A stretch of 64,000 nt of DNA, taken from positions 1-64,000 of the IMG/VR virus record IMGVR_UViG_3300031949_000001; one strand, given 5' to 3'. Below the pieces are notes generated by a model. That model saw only the letters and a list, made by a program, of their open reading frames with translations. It was not told the origin of the DNA and searched no databases. Positions 28,372 to 40,346 of this stretch are shown here, one piece after another; position 1 is the stretch's first letter; each line of letters opens with the position of its first letter. A program made the position numbers and the translations under genes. This DNA is from a virus. Taxonomy: Duplodnaviria > Heunggongvirae > Uroviricota > Caudoviricetes.

Positions 28372-29280
28372 AGTTTTTATCCTCAAAATGGTCACTACTG
28401 GAATATAGTGACACATGATATTTATTCCAGTTGGGGTTGACATTGGTTGTTTTTCTGTGGTAGACTAGATTCATTAGAATGGAGTACAATGTAAAAGGAA
28501 ACTGTATGAAGAGAGAATTAACTAATGACGGTCTGGCTTATGTGATCTCGCCATTTTTCGGTCAACCAGTAACTTTACTTTCCTTACGTCTAATAGACGA
28601 TAGGCTTAATGATAATTTCGAAGGAACCTTTAGGTCTCTTATTGACCGCAATGGTCATTTATGGGTTATGGACGCAAAAACACAAAAGATTATTGCAAAA
28701 CCTGATCTATGAGACAATGTTACGCATGTGATGGAACTGGCATCTTCGATTGGATTGACGTGAAGTTTGTTACTCACGCTCAGGCTATGGAGATAGGTGA
28801 AGAAGGAATGGAAGGTGAACGTATGGACATTCCCCGAACTGGTGTGTGTCCTATTTGTAATGGCAAAAAGGAAGTGAAATGAGTCCAATTAAACAAACTG
28901 ATCTACTTAGAGATTTAGATTATCTTCGGATTGATCTGGAACACCTGAAGTCATCTTTTCGTATTAAGATAGATGATATTCCTGAAGTCCGAGCATCGGA
29001 CCTACTATATGTAACCATTGTTATGGACCGACTGTTGAATATCGTTGAAACAATTCTCAAGGATGGTAAGTCATGACCTACAGATTTAGTATATCCTGTT
29101 CTCACTGCGGACATTTTGCTTGTGTTTGTTCAATTCTTGAAAATCACTTGGATGGTTGTCAGTTTCGACTTGCAGCCACTTGTTCCATTCCTGTAGAATG
29201 TGATCATGGGTTCGATGTTTGTCCAACTTGTGACCCATGCACGTGCGAATTAGTTAAGGCTAAAAAAGGAGTGAAATAAT

Positions 29281-29553
29281 ATGGCTGGAGATAGTGAAGC
29301 AATACACGCCCATCACGATGATACATGTGGTTGTGGTGTGGAATGGAGAAAATGGAGAGAACAACCTCATCAAGCATTTTATGACCATGGTCAACTTGCT
29401 TGTCCTACTTGTTGTTATGGTCCGGTGCATGGTTGGTTGCAAGGTCCAAGCGCTGGCGCTTGTGAGAACCTTCAATGCACGTCATGCGGTGATTGGTATT
29501 GGTGGGACGGTGCGAACCAGATAAAGTATTTGCGACATGGAGAAGGTGTATGA
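29281..29553 (+). CDS. Zn-ribbon hypothetical protein
   Basis: CPTC...GPSAG...CTSC. Confidence 0.6.
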   Translation: MAGDSEAIHAHHDDTCGCGVEWRKWREQPHQAFYDHGQLACPTCCYGPVHGWLQGPSAGACENLQCTSCGDWYWWDGANQIKYLRHGEGV

Positions 29554-31055
29554 TCTATACTGTACAAAAATGTATGTTGATTCGTGAATATAATCTGTAC
29601 ATATACAAACTTCGTTGTAACGGTGAGTATATGGTTTCTAGTGTTGACGAAAAACAAATCATGAATATCTTTAAAGAATTCTGTCTTGCAAAAACAGCCG
29701 CAACCCTTCATGACGAAACAACGCTGATTGTTTGTCAATATTATTGTCAAAAAGGTCATTATCGTCTCACCAAGCGTTATGATTGGTGTGATCAGGTTAC
29801 TTATAAGATTTGGAAAAAGGGTTGGTTTGGAGTTTGGGTAGAAAAGGCGTCGAATCGCACACACTCGATCCACGCCGACTACGCGTTGGAGCGCCTCGCT
29901 GATTTTGTAATGAATGGAGAGAAAGAGTTTTATAATGATGAAACTGTAGTTGCGAGTTGTTAATGAAGGTTACAACTACATGACTAGGTATGTTAAACAA
30001 CGGGAGAAGGTCAGGAAGAATAGGAAATGATATTTAAAAGGGTGTAAAAATGTTGGAAATAATAATTAAAATCATTGAATGGTGTGATCTGCGTGGTCCG
30101 TTCAAGAAAAAGGAAATAGAATCAACACCTTTCGTGCCTAAGTTTAGGGTTGTTAGATCTTATGGTGCGTTTTATGTCGAAAAGGAGTTTACTTCTGGAA
30201 CAATTGACTCGGGGGGTAATATTTTTTTCACCGTTGATGGAATGGTTTATACTTGTTCTCGATGGGATGTAAATCTCAAGTTTGAGAATTCCGAAGATGC
30301 CTGTGCGCTTGCTAATAAATTGAACGCTGGTCAAACATACTTTCCAGAATATGACATACGAGGTTATAAAGTCATTGACTGTGCTTGCCTGGAGAAACCA
30401 AGTGAATAAACAAGAGATGGCGTGGTTACTGACAAAAGGGGTGAACATGAACCGTACGAGTCCGGAAACATTGAAGATGGTTTTACAAATCGCTCAAATG
30501 TATTTGGAAAAGAACCGGGCGACTATGATTGGCGATGACCTAGCCCTTTATTCTATTATGTTGACGCTGGTAGAAGCAGTTGCCTATCTGATGGAAAAAG
30601 ATGGGCTTGAAAGATCGGACTGAGCAAGGTAAAGCTTTGAGAGCCTGATATGGATGATATTGAGTACACATATATTGGTCGAGCAGCTAAATTAAGGCGC
30701 GAACGGACAGCCTTGGGTGAAGAGCCCGGTGATGTATCACTAGTTGAACATGTCAGGACATTGAGTGAAACGCTTGAGGCACTTCTAAGAGCATTAGATA
30801 GTGCTATAACCGAATAGGACTATAAAGAACAATTATGAACATGACAGGTATGGCTCCTCTCACCCCGGTGAGAATTATTTTGGTGATCGATAAGGTTGAT
30901 TACATCATCAAACCATTAAGGGACATGACAGGCTATGAGTCCGCAACACTTACGATGCTTTTGTTTGCCATCTGGCACAAGCACGGATACAACATGGATA
31001 TCAAGAGCTATGTTGAAGAACATGGGCTATGGAGACATTTGGAAAAGGTTGGACC

Positions 31056-31469
31056 ATGAAAAAGAAGATGACGAGACAGGAAATCTTTGACAAGGTTGCG
31101 AAGCATTTGCTGACACAGAACGCCAAAGCCAGAGGCGACGTAGAGACCGGTGGACCGTCTGGTTGTTTGTATTATGACTCCGAGACCGGTCGCAAGTGTG
31201 CTATTGGTTGCTTAATCCCTCAGGATCAGTACGATCCTAGAATGGAAGATCAAGGATGCGTCAATAATAATGAAATGGTTATAGATGTTTTGAAATCTAT
31301 CGGCATTGATTGTGGGTGTAATGGAGCCGATTATTTTTTCATTCAGTCATTGCAAAAAATACATGATAACAATGCCGTCTCGGTTTGGAAAAATCGATTA
31401 ATAACGTTTGCTGCTAGTTGGGATTTGGACTTTCCGCTAGTTGGGATTTGGACTTTCCGGAGTTTCTAA
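31056..31469 (+). CDS. Phage hypothetical protein
   Basis: QEIFDKVAKHLLTQ...CAIGCLIP...LQKIHD. Confidence 0.75.
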   Translation: MKKKMTRQEIFDKVAKHLLTQNAKARGDVETGGPSGCLYYDSETGRKCAIGCLIPQDQYDPRMEDQGCVNNNEMVIDVLKSIGIDCGCNGADYFFIQSLQKIHDNNAVSVWKNRLITFAASWDLDFPLVGIWTFRSF

Positions 31470-33521
31470 AATGAAAAAAACAATTATTGTTAGAGCAAAA
31501 GATCCAGAGCGCTTTCTACGAATCCTTAACATGACGACTGAAGCTGTTATGCTATTGGTTGAAGATATATACCGTCAATATGATTTGCATATAAGAATTA
31601 ATTGGTATGCAACCACAGTTGGTTCTCCATGGTGTGATCATAAAGATTATCACTACGTCTTCATGAATGTGCCCACCGCGTTTCAAATGGTGGATTATCA
31701 ACGTCTTTGTGTGAATGATGAATTCATCAAAGAGCCACCAACAAGCGAAGAAATCTTTTTCGGGGAATTCAGAAAATAATGTTCGTCCTATACAACACAG
31801 TCTTTCCAGTCCTGAAGCAAGACATTTTGAATTTGTTGAAAGAGAACAATGTTGATCCAGTCCGGATTGTAAACGCTTTAGCCAGTGCAGCCGGCGAGTG
31901 GGCGAGTTATTGGCTGTACGACTGCGGAGCCTATAGATCCGACCTTGAGCTTGTTCCGATGGAAGGCGAAAATGTCCATTCTGTAAAAATGATATTCCAT
32001 GAATACAACACTTTTATTAAAATGGATAGGCTTTTAAAAACGTTGGGTTTCATCCAAAACAAAACAGGAAGACAAAATGAAGATAACAATTAATCAAGTA
32101 GTATATGAACAGTTCCAAGCGTTCATGATTGCCTATGATGCAATGATGCAAGACGCTCGAAAACTTAATAATGAGTATCAACCTCTTAGCTCTCCGGTTC
32201 TGATGAACGATGCAGGTAGTAAAGAATATTATGAGCATGAGCAAAAAATGAATGCTGTCCAGCACAGAACTTATCGATTCGGTCAAGTGGTTCTGGAGAA
32301 TGTATTTGTCACTAGCTATAAGGCAATTCATAACAATCGTTTTCAAATAAAAGATGGACATGTTGTTCCGATCTATGTTGATCTGGAAATCGAATTTTCC
32401 TATTGGTTAAAATAGGAGCTATCATGAACGAACGTGGATATGAAATTGTAACTCAGAAAATTTACGACACGATTATTTCTCCGTGGTTTGGAAAGATTAA
32501 TGTAAATTCAGACGAAGAATATAAAAGAAGTATGTTTACTGATCCAGAGACAAATACTCGTTCCATTGTGATAGACGGCAAGAAGTATCGTATGGCTGAT
32601 CTCCTACCTTTTGCGGTCAAAGCAATGAAAGAATTTGGTGAACAGCTTGGGATATCAATGTGAATAAAGTTATAGAAGAACGGGATGGATTGGCTGATAT
32701 TCTTGGAAAAATGGAATATCAAATTATTGAAGGGGCGACTGGAGTTAAACGTTGTCCAAGAAAAGTTCCCGAAGAGCAGTCTATATACGCCTATGGTAAT
32801 TCGCCTGCTGCGGTAAATCTGTTTGATATTCTTCAGAAGGCACCAAAATCTGTACGTTCTCACATGACTCGGATTATGACTCGATATAGCACGATCCTTA
32901 ACAAGTTAACGATAGGAGACAGTACAGAACGCTATGTTGCAAAAACGATGTTGCTTGATTCGATTGATGAAGTTGAAAGGCATCCAGACCTAGAATATAT
33001 GGCTGGAACCCACACGTGTAATGTCTTAAAGACACGACACAAAGAATGGTTGAGAGGTTATAATGTTGGTAAACAAAGAACAATGTCACCACACGGGTGA
33101 AGTTTATTATGATTTGGGTATGGACAATTATTACTGTGCTGATTGTTCAAAAGGTATGGGTGTTCAATATTATCGTCTCGCTAAGAAGTATGAGGCGTTG
33201 GAGAAACTAAGTATGATCGAAACAAAGCCATTATATGCGGTCGGTGATTATCTTGTGAGACGCTTCAGAGATATTCCGTCTTTGAAGAAGTATGTAGGTT
33301 CGGATGCAACCGAAGAAAATTTATTGGAAATTATTGTCGAAACTCTTAAAACTGTTCCCGAGGGTTATGAATTTTTCCAATTCATGAACTTTACTTTGGG
33401 TGCAACGTTTGTTGTTTACAAAAAGATAAAAAATAATTAAAATAAAAATTATGAGGGAAAGTACTTGTAACTGGCATGTGCTACGGGTATAGTTAACAAA
33501 ATTTAATTTAAGGAGAACATA

Positions 33522-34136
33522 ATGTCTGCTCTGATTATCGGATTTATATGGTTGTTGAATCTTGGTATTTCTTACTGGAACTGTCGTGTTGTTGGTCTAA
33601 TATGGAATTCCTCCAAAGAAATGGGTGGTGGGGTTCGTTTCATGACCTGGATGGGTGCAATTATGGGAGCCAGTGGCTTCTCATGGTGTTTGCTTATTCT
33701 TCTTTTTATAGGTGGTGGTATATTATTTCCCACGCACGTTACCCCTCAAATGGTTAATTCCGGCTTGTCCTTAGGCTATTTAGTTATCCTTCCGGGTATT
33801 CTTTTTTCTGGTTTTGCGATCTGGATTGATTCTTTGGTACAAGCCTGGAGACGCCGTGATATGGTCAGTATGGGTGTTGCTGCTTGGAACACATTTGCAC
33901 AAATCACAAATACAGTAAGTGCATTCCGTGATGTTCCGATGGCTTTCAAGGAAGTTGGTAAATTATTTAGTGGTGGTGGAGACGCTCGCGGTAAGGCTGT
34001 CATGTTGGTAATTGTTCTTGTGGCTGTGTCCGTTCTTGGTGGTATCATTATTGCCGCCTCGATTATCAGCCATTACGCTAAACAAGAATTAGACGATTTG
34101 TATGGTCTACGTTCTGATGCAAGAGGTTCTCGATGA
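33522..34136 (+). CDS. Multi-pass membrane protein
   Basis: About 5 hydrophobic helices; AAGGAG RBS. Confidence 0.75.
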   Translation: MSALIIGFIWLLNLGISYWNCRVVGLIWNSSKEMGGGVRFMTWMGAIMGASGFSWCLLILLFIGGGILFPTHVTPQMVNSGLSLGYLVILPGILFSGFAIWIDSLVQAWRRRDMVSMGVAAWNTFAQITNTVSAFRDVPMAFKEVGKLFSGGGDARGKAVMLVIVLVAVSVLGGIIIAASIISHYAKQELDDLYGLRSDARGSR

Positions 34137-34522
34137 AAGTTAAAGTAACCATTACACGTCAAGAATTAAATGCTATAATACGGAATTATATCGCTACTGC
34201 TATTCCAGGTAGTAATGTTCTAGGTAGTTTAGAATTTGTAGGTGAAAATACCGGCATTGAATGGCGCGATGATGGTAAGCTAAATCGCGCCTCGACGCTT
34301 AATTGTGTTGAAGCAATGGTGACATGTGCTGCGCCCAGCCATTCGACTTGAAAAAGGTCTTTGGTTGGTCTATTTACATTCAGAAAGTCTATATGGATTT
34401 CCCGGATTAAACGCTGTAGAAGCTTGGAATAAATACAAAAGCTGGCTCAACCGAACCTGAATCTTGACATCACCCGCGCCCTGTAGTATAATTTCGCCTT
34501 CTTACCTGAACTGGAGCATCAA

Positions 34523-35461
34523 ATGAGACATTTGATTGGGTTTTTCTGTTTTCTTTTATCGCTGGCAGCTAATGCCGATGCGGTGGACGAGCTAATGGAA
34601 CCGTATTTGATTATTGATATTCCACAATGCTGCGACATTAGCCAGCAGGAAAGATTTGATATCACAGATTTTATTTCTCCTTCTCATCCTTACAACTTTA
34701 CATCGGTCAGACTTAAAGCGGCTAATGTTCTTGTGATAGACCAAGAAACCGGAGAAATTCTCTTCTCAAAAAAAGCAGATGAAATCGTTTCTATCGCTTC
34801 AGTCACCAAACTTATGACTGCTATGGTTGTATTGGACGCTGATCTTTCTATGGACGAAATAATAACAATCACTCGGGCAGATGTTAATTGGCTAAAAAGA
34901 ACCCGTTCTCGTCTTCAAGAAGGAACAAAGCTCTCTCGTGCTGCAATAATGCGCTTGGCACTTATGAGTTCTGATAATCGCGCCGCTCATGCTCTTGCGC
35001 GAACTTATCCGGCAGGCTTCAAAGCGTTCATTATTGCTATGAATGATAAGGCACAAAACCTGGGAATGATGAACAGTGAGTTCTTCGATCCAACAGGTTT
35101 GACTCCTAAGAATACAAGCACGGCGCGTGATCTTGCTATAATGGTTGGAGCGGCTTATGGCTATGATGAAATCCGAGAGTTTAGTACAACTGAGCGTTAC
35201 ACGATAAAGCTCTCTAAGAAGCGTAACGCACGTCCTACACGGTTCATGAATTCGAACGCATTGATCCATACTCACCAATGGAAAATTGGTTTGAGTAAGA
35301 CGGGCTATATTTCGGATGCTGGTAGGTGTGTTGTTATGCAAGCACAAATTTCAGATCGTCCGGTTATCATTATTTTAATGGATAGCCTGACAAAAAGAAC
35401 TCGCGTGAAAGATGCCAATGCTTTAAAAGCTTGGTTGCAAACTATTTTGGAAGGAATTTAA
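34523..35461 (+). CDS. pbpG: Peptidase S11 D-alanyl-D-alanine endopeptidase (PBP7-like)
   Basis: Signal peptide; SxxK (ASVTK), SDN and KTG motifs; FFDPTGL; own TTGACA-17-TATAAT promoter. Confidence 0.9.
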   Translation: MRHLIGFFCFLLSLAANADAVDELMEPYLIIDIPQCCDISQQERFDITDFISPSHPYNFTSVRLKAANVLVIDQETGEILFSKKADEIVSIASVTKLMTAMVVLDADLSMDEIITITRADVNWLKRTRSRLQEGTKLSRAAIMRLALMSSDNRAAHALARTYPAGFKAFIIAMNDKAQNLGMMNSEFFDPTGLTPKNTSTARDLAIMVGAAYGYDEIREFSTTERYTIKLSKKRNARPTRFMNSNALIHTHQWKIGLSKTGYISDAGRCVVMQAQISDRPVIIILMDSLTKRTRVKDANALKAWLQTILEGI

Positions 35462-35677
35462 CATGTTGAAAGTTACCATAAGTTTTGGACCGGAAGAGAT
35501 TGAAGAAATTTTCAGATGGTTTGTTCAGACTCACTATCCTGATTTGAATCCAGGTTCAGTTAAGACTAATATCGATACTCTTGATAGGGGTGGTGGCACA
35601 TACGTTTCTAGCATCACGGTAACCTGTACCAAAGACAAAAAGCCAGAAATCACGTCTGTTATACGGGATCACTAATC

Positions 35678-36100
35678 ATGAAAAAAGTGAGTGTATATCA
35701 CGGTGAAGTGAGTGCCGTTCGCGGTCTAGAAAGTTTTATCTTTGTTCTTTTTGATGAAGCCAATAATCCAATCATAGAAACAACAGTTTCTATGGAAAAT
35801 TTGGGAGCCTTGTTATTTGGGGATCGGGTAAAATGTGTTTATATCCCAACAGGTGTTGACAGAATTGGAAAAAAGACACAGACTAAACAGGAAGAAGTCT
35901 TCGTGAAATTCGGACCATGGGAAGAGCGCGAGGCTGATGTAGATGTTGCCCTTGCTCCATTTGAAGTCGATGGTTGGTTTGCTAACCGTCGCAATTTGCA
36001 GAGTCCTATGACTTTCATAAGACATGAAAATGGAAACAAACTTCAAGGTGCTTACTACGATGTTCGTTTTGAGAGATACGTTGATAATTCAATAGAGTGA
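35678..36100 (+). CDS. Hypothetical protein
   Basis: Operon context. Confidence 0.6.
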   Translation: MKKVSVYHGEVSAVRGLESFIFVLFDEANNPIIETTVSMENLGALLFGDRVKCVYIPTGVDRIGKKTQTKQEEVFVKFGPWEEREADVDVALAPFEVDGWFANRRNLQSPMTFIRHENGNKLQGAYYDVRFERYVDNSIE

Positions 36101-36646
36101 GGTTAATCATGGGTGATGTTATTCCACTACCACGTAGACAAACATTAGAAGAATTGTTTTTCAACTATGTTTATCTCCTGGGTAAAAGAGATTATGAAAA
36201 GGATATTTGCTTTCGAGACAATCCATATCCTTATGATTCGATGGAACGAGAAGTATGGAATAGCGGTTGGTGGCCAGATTGGACGTAAATGTCAATGAAA
36301 CTATACGATGAATCCGAATATGGTTCGGAAACTCTAGTCTCGCTTAAGCAAGAAGGTGAAAAGGCTTACAATGATGGTAAAAACATTGGTGATAATCCCT
36401 ATCCGTTTGCCACTGTAGATTTCAAGTTTTGGGACGCTGGTTGGTGGGAGACGTTTTACGCAAAGACAAAATTCTTTGTTGAAAGTCTTCATGCTATCTC
36501 TGAAAATCAACAATATTGTGATTCATTCACCGAAGATAGCAAATATGGCAAAGCCAAAGTGTTTGATCTGAATGCTGAGAGAAAAATGAGGAGCAACAAA
36601 AGAGGACTAAATATAAAAACTAACCCTCCTTTGGAATAAAAGCCTG

Positions 36647-37075
36647 ATGAAACTTGAAAGACGCGCCGGAATGCTCCCATACTTTGTCCATCCAGACGGG
36701 AAGATTGAATTTCTATTGATGGTTCCAACTAACCCTAAACTAACTGATAAGCCTCAGATCGCTAAGGGTTGGATTGATGAGGGAGAAGATCCATACAAGA
36801 CAGCCCGCCGAGAAGCCAAGGAAGAACTTGGTTTAAAAAAGAAAAATATGAAACGTATTCCATTACACTTGGGATTATGGGATAAAACAGAAATTTTTAT
36901 AGTTGAAGTTATCGCAAAAGAAAAGTTCAAACCAGTCGATAAAGAGGAAGTACGAAGAGTTCTTTGGATGACGACGGAAGAATTCCGAAAATCTGGTCGA
37001 AGATCCAATCGAGCAGTCATTGAATTGGCTAATATTATAGCCAAGCGCATTCGAGAAATTGAAAACGAGAAATAA
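36647..37075 (+). CDS. NUDIX hydrolase
   Basis: Nudix box GWIDEGEDPYKTARREAKEELGL. Confidence 0.9.
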   Translation: MKLERRAGMLPYFVHPDGKIEFLLMVPTNPKLTDKPQIAKGWIDEGEDPYKTARREAKEELGLKKKNMKRIPLHLGLWDKTEIFIVEVIAKEKFKPVDKEEVRRVLWMTTEEFRKSGRRSNRAVIELANIIAKRIREIENEK

Positions 37076-37077
37076 TC

Positions 37078-37899
37078 ATGATACCTGATGTTCGGAGCAA
37101 TGTCTTACATTTGCCAGCAAATGAAGACGGTCGGGATTTTATTATTGGAGATTTACACGGCTGCTACGATGAACTACTAGCCGCGATGACCTACGTCAAG
37201 TTCGACTATGCTAAAGACAGAATGATTTGTGTTGGTGATTTAATAGACCGAGGTAAAAAATCATACGAATGTTTGAAGCTCCTTGATAATCCATGGTTCT
37301 TTTCGACTTTTGGGAATCATGAAGAGATGATGTACAAATCGATCATGACTGGAGACCCCGACTGGATTAGCCAATGGAAAAAGTATGGTGGTATGTGGGC
37401 GTGGGATTGGAATTTTGTCGCAACAGTTGATCGGTGGGATTTGGTAAAGAAATATTTGAAAAATTTACCGTTGATTATTACCGTTGGAGAAGGCAAGGAT
37501 CGATATAATGTTTTACATGCTGAAATTCACAATGGTTTAACTCCGGTGACTGATGAAAGTATTGACAAATGGGAATTTAAGAATTGTAATCCGGCTTATA
37601 TACGTGAAAAGATACTTTGGGGTAGAGCCATTATAGAAGGTAGGTTATATAACAAAGCGCATGAGATTCAAAAAGACATGTCGATAACGTACTGCGGTCA
37701 TACGCCAGTTGAGAAAGTAGTTCGTAAGGGCGCTCAAGTTTATATCGACACAGGTATTGTGTTTGGAGATTATTTAACGATGGTTGAACACAAGACACAA
37801 AAACTGATCAAGTACTACCCTGTCGGTGAGAGATTTGTTGAAAGCTATCTTGCTGATGTTGTAGATCGAGATTTAAATAAGTGGACACCAAATGGCTAA
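37078..37899 (+). CDS. Metallophosphoesterase (lambda/PphA-type Ser/Thr phosphatase family)
   Basis: GDLHG, GDLIDRG, GNHE, GHTP and IDTG motifs. Confidence 0.92.
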   Translation: MIPDVRSNVLHLPANEDGRDFIIGDLHGCYDELLAAMTYVKFDYAKDRMICVGDLIDRGKKSYECLKLLDNPWFFSTFGNHEEMMYKSIMTGDPDWISQWKKYGGMWAWDWNFVATVDRWDLVKKYLKNLPLIITVGEGKDRYNVLHAEIHNGLTPVTDESIDKWEFKNCNPAYIREKILWGRAIIEGRLYNKAHEIQKDMSITYCGHTPVEKVVRKGAQVYIDTGIVFGDYLTMVEHKTQKLIKYYPVGERFVESYLADVVDRDLNKWTPNG

Positions 37900-38338
37900 A
37901 ATTTTAATGTTGATGGTAGTGCTTTTCTATATGTCGGTTTGTGGTGCGGTGGATCTTTCTAAGTTGGATAGTGGGCAGGCTCCTGGTTCGGGTTGTGAAA
38001 ATGTAGCACAATATTTTTTCAGTGTAGCCAAATTTGAAAGAGATAAAGGTGTTGATGTGCGCTTACCAAAGATGGTTTTAGTTGCTAATTTTGAATATAA
38101 CATTAACTCAAAATTAATTTTTGCTCTAGGAAGACCTTACTTCGATGAACTTCTAGCCTTCTTTCAGAAAGGTGTTGATGACGTGTGGCGCCTTAAAGAC
38201 ATTCCAGCCGAAGAATTCAGAGAGATGATTCGTGTAAATTGTGAAGCAACGAAGGCTGAAACATCGGAATTTATTTCTTTTGATACTTTGTACGCTTTTC
38301 GTAAACAATCAAAAGAACTTATTCAACCACAAAATTAA
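37892..38338 (+). CDS. Exported hypothetical protein
   Basis: N-terminal signal-like hydrophobic segment. Confidence 0.6.
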   Translation: MAKILMLMVVLFYMSVCGAVDLSKLDSGQAPGSGCENVAQYFFSVAKFERDKGVDVRLPKMVLVANFEYNINSKLIFALGRPYFDELLAFFQKGVDDVWRLKDIPAEEFREMIRVNCEATKAETSEFISFDTLYAFRKQSKELIQPQN

Positions 38339-39139
38339 AATGCTTTTTTGGAGAACTGCGTGGAAGCCCACACACGAGGAGAAGCTTTCCCTAATTTTAC
38401 CTGATTGTGACAGCCTGAAAAACTCTCTTCAGAAATGGAGAAAGCGCAACTTCATCATTGCGTATTGCTCGGAAACTTTCGTTATATATGTTTTTGTTGA
38501 AGGTGATATAGGTTTTAATATCGAAGGCTGGCAGTATTTTAACGTTGAAACAGTTAACAACTGTGGTCCTATTGAGGTATTGACTTTTCCTCCATTAGCG
38601 GGTAAAATAATATTTCATGATTCGAGAACTTAAATGGATCTTTCTTTTTTAGATGAAAGCAAGTTTGAATATAAAGACACTGGCTTGATCTTTGAAGCCG
38701 TTGATATGAGTACTTGGTTATGTCGCGAAAAGAGAATGTGGCTAATTTGTTGTTTTGGTAATTGGAAAACAGCGAAGTATGTTAATCGAGAGACAGTCTA
38801 TACTGACTACGATTCGTTTGAAAAGGCTTGTGATGCGATTGTTAAATCATAAAGGATAATAATGAGTTTCTATCAAAAATCAAATAGTATGCAAGTGGCT
38901 TTGGATCGCATCTCTATATCTATGTTTGGGCGTTCGATAACCGAAGCGTTGGAGAAGAAGATATGCGTAATGTGTGCTTCTTCAGTCTATGATGTTGAAG
39001 AAGATAAGTGGGGATTTAGGGACAATCTATCACTGGTGGAATATCAAATTAGTGGAGTTTGTCAGGCTTGCCAAGACCCTATTTTCGGACTTGGAGAATA
39101 TGCTGAGAAATTCAGTAAAGACGAGATGTAGGAAAAAGC

Positions 39140-39168
39140 TTGACAAGGCATAAATAGTCTTGTATAGT
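39140..39168 (+). promoter_or_regulatory. sigma70 promoter of tRNA cluster leader 1
   Basis: TTGACA-17-TATAGT. Confidence 0.8.
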
Positions 39169-39217
39169 ATCAAAACTGAGAACGCGGGCATCCCGTCAAA
39201 CTGTTTAAGGAATAAAC

Positions 39218-39325
39218 ATGGTTACGCTTAAAGTCATCACTAACGCAGCAGAACATACATTTGCAGAGGCATTTACTGCCCCTGCGGAACCTGTTCGCGC
39301 CCTTGAGGATGGTCCTGGTGTGTAA
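39218..39325 (+). CDS. Putative leader peptide (35 aa)
   Basis: AAGGA RBS; MVTLKVITNAAEHTFAEAFTAPAEPVRALEDGPGV; directly followed by a terminator. Confidence 0.5.
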   Translation: MVTLKVITNAAEHTFAEAFTAPAEPVRALEDGPGV

Positions 39326-39342
39326 GTAACCAAAGATCAACC

Positions 39343-39390
39343 AAAAAGGGCGCTTAGAAATAAGTGCCCTTTTTATTTGCTCTTTTAAAA
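39343..39390 (+). terminator. Intrinsic terminator followed by a boxA-like site
   Basis: AAAAAGGGCGCT/AGTGCCCTTTTT, then TGCTCTTTTAAAA. Confidence 0.7.
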
Positions 39391-39403
39391 TTCGGAAAAC
39401 TAT

Positions 39404-39477
39404 GGTGGTATTAGTGTAGCGGCTCTGCACATTTGCCTGTGAAGCAAAAAGTTTGGGATCGACCCCCAAATATCACC
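39404..39477 (+). tRNA. tRNA-His(GUG)
   Basis: G-1, C73, loop CTGTGAA; no encoded CCA. Confidence 0.85.
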
Positions 39478-39524
39478 CTTGTTGTTTGATGATAAATACC
39501 AGACAACAAAGGTGATAGAGAGCC

Positions 39525-40178
39525 ATGATTCATTATTTGTATCGAACTACGAATGTTTTGACGGGAAAATATTATCTCGGTATGCACTCAACGAAAAATC
39601 TTGACGATGGGTATATTGGGTCGGGTAAAATTTTACGACGTTCGATTAAGAAATATGGTTTGATAAATCATTTAAAGGAAGTATTTTTGTTTGTAAAAAC
39701 TAGAGAAGAATTAGTACAAAAAGAAAAAGAATTAATTACAGAAGAATTGTTAAAAGATCCATCAATAATGAATTTACGTTTAGGTGGTGAGGGTGGTGGT
39801 AATTGGACGAATGAACAACAACGAAAAAACAACGAAAAATCACAACAAGCGCAACGGAAGTTGATTGAAAATAACCCTCAATGGGTTGAATCGCGGTCGA
39901 GAAAACTTAGTGAGGCGCATAAACGTGCGTATGATAGTGGTAAAAGACCAAAAAAGCAACCACTTGATTGGACCGGACGGAAGCATTCTGAAGAAACGAA
40001 AGAGAAGCTTTCTAGGATTAAAAAAGGAATCTATGCAGATGGAAAAAATCCAAAAGCAAAGAAAGTAAAAGACGATGAAGAAAATATTTTTGCGACCTAT
40101 AAGGAATGTGGTATGTATCACAACATACATCCAGAAACGGTAGCAAGAAGAATAGCAAAAGGTTTGTACAGTGTTTAA
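39525..40178 (+). mobile_element. Free-standing GIY-YIG homing endonuclease (Seg-like) with NUMOD3 motif
   Basis: YLYRTTN...YYLGMH...YIGSG; GRKHSEETKEKLS; sits inside a tRNA cluster. Confidence 0.88.
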
Positions 40179-40182
40179 TAGT

Positions 40183-40256
40183 GTGTGCGTGTTGTAATGG
40201 TAGCAACCGATCTTGTGACGGTCGTAGAGCGAGTTCGAATCTCGTCGTTCACTCCA
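40183..40256 (+). tRNA. tRNA-His(GUG), divergent
   Basis: Loop TTGTGAC; U73; no G-1; CCA. Confidence 0.7.
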
Positions 40257-40267
40257 ATAAACATTAT

Positions 40268-40342
40268 GCTGTTCTAGCTGAGATGGATTAGCGCGAGTCT
40301 GAAAAGCTCGAAAGGGTGGATCGTTACCACCGGATGGCACCA
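40268..40342 (+). tRNA. tRNA-Phe(GAA)
   Basis: Cloverleaf; loop CTGAAAA; CCA. Confidence 0.85.
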
Positions 40343-40346
40343 ACGA

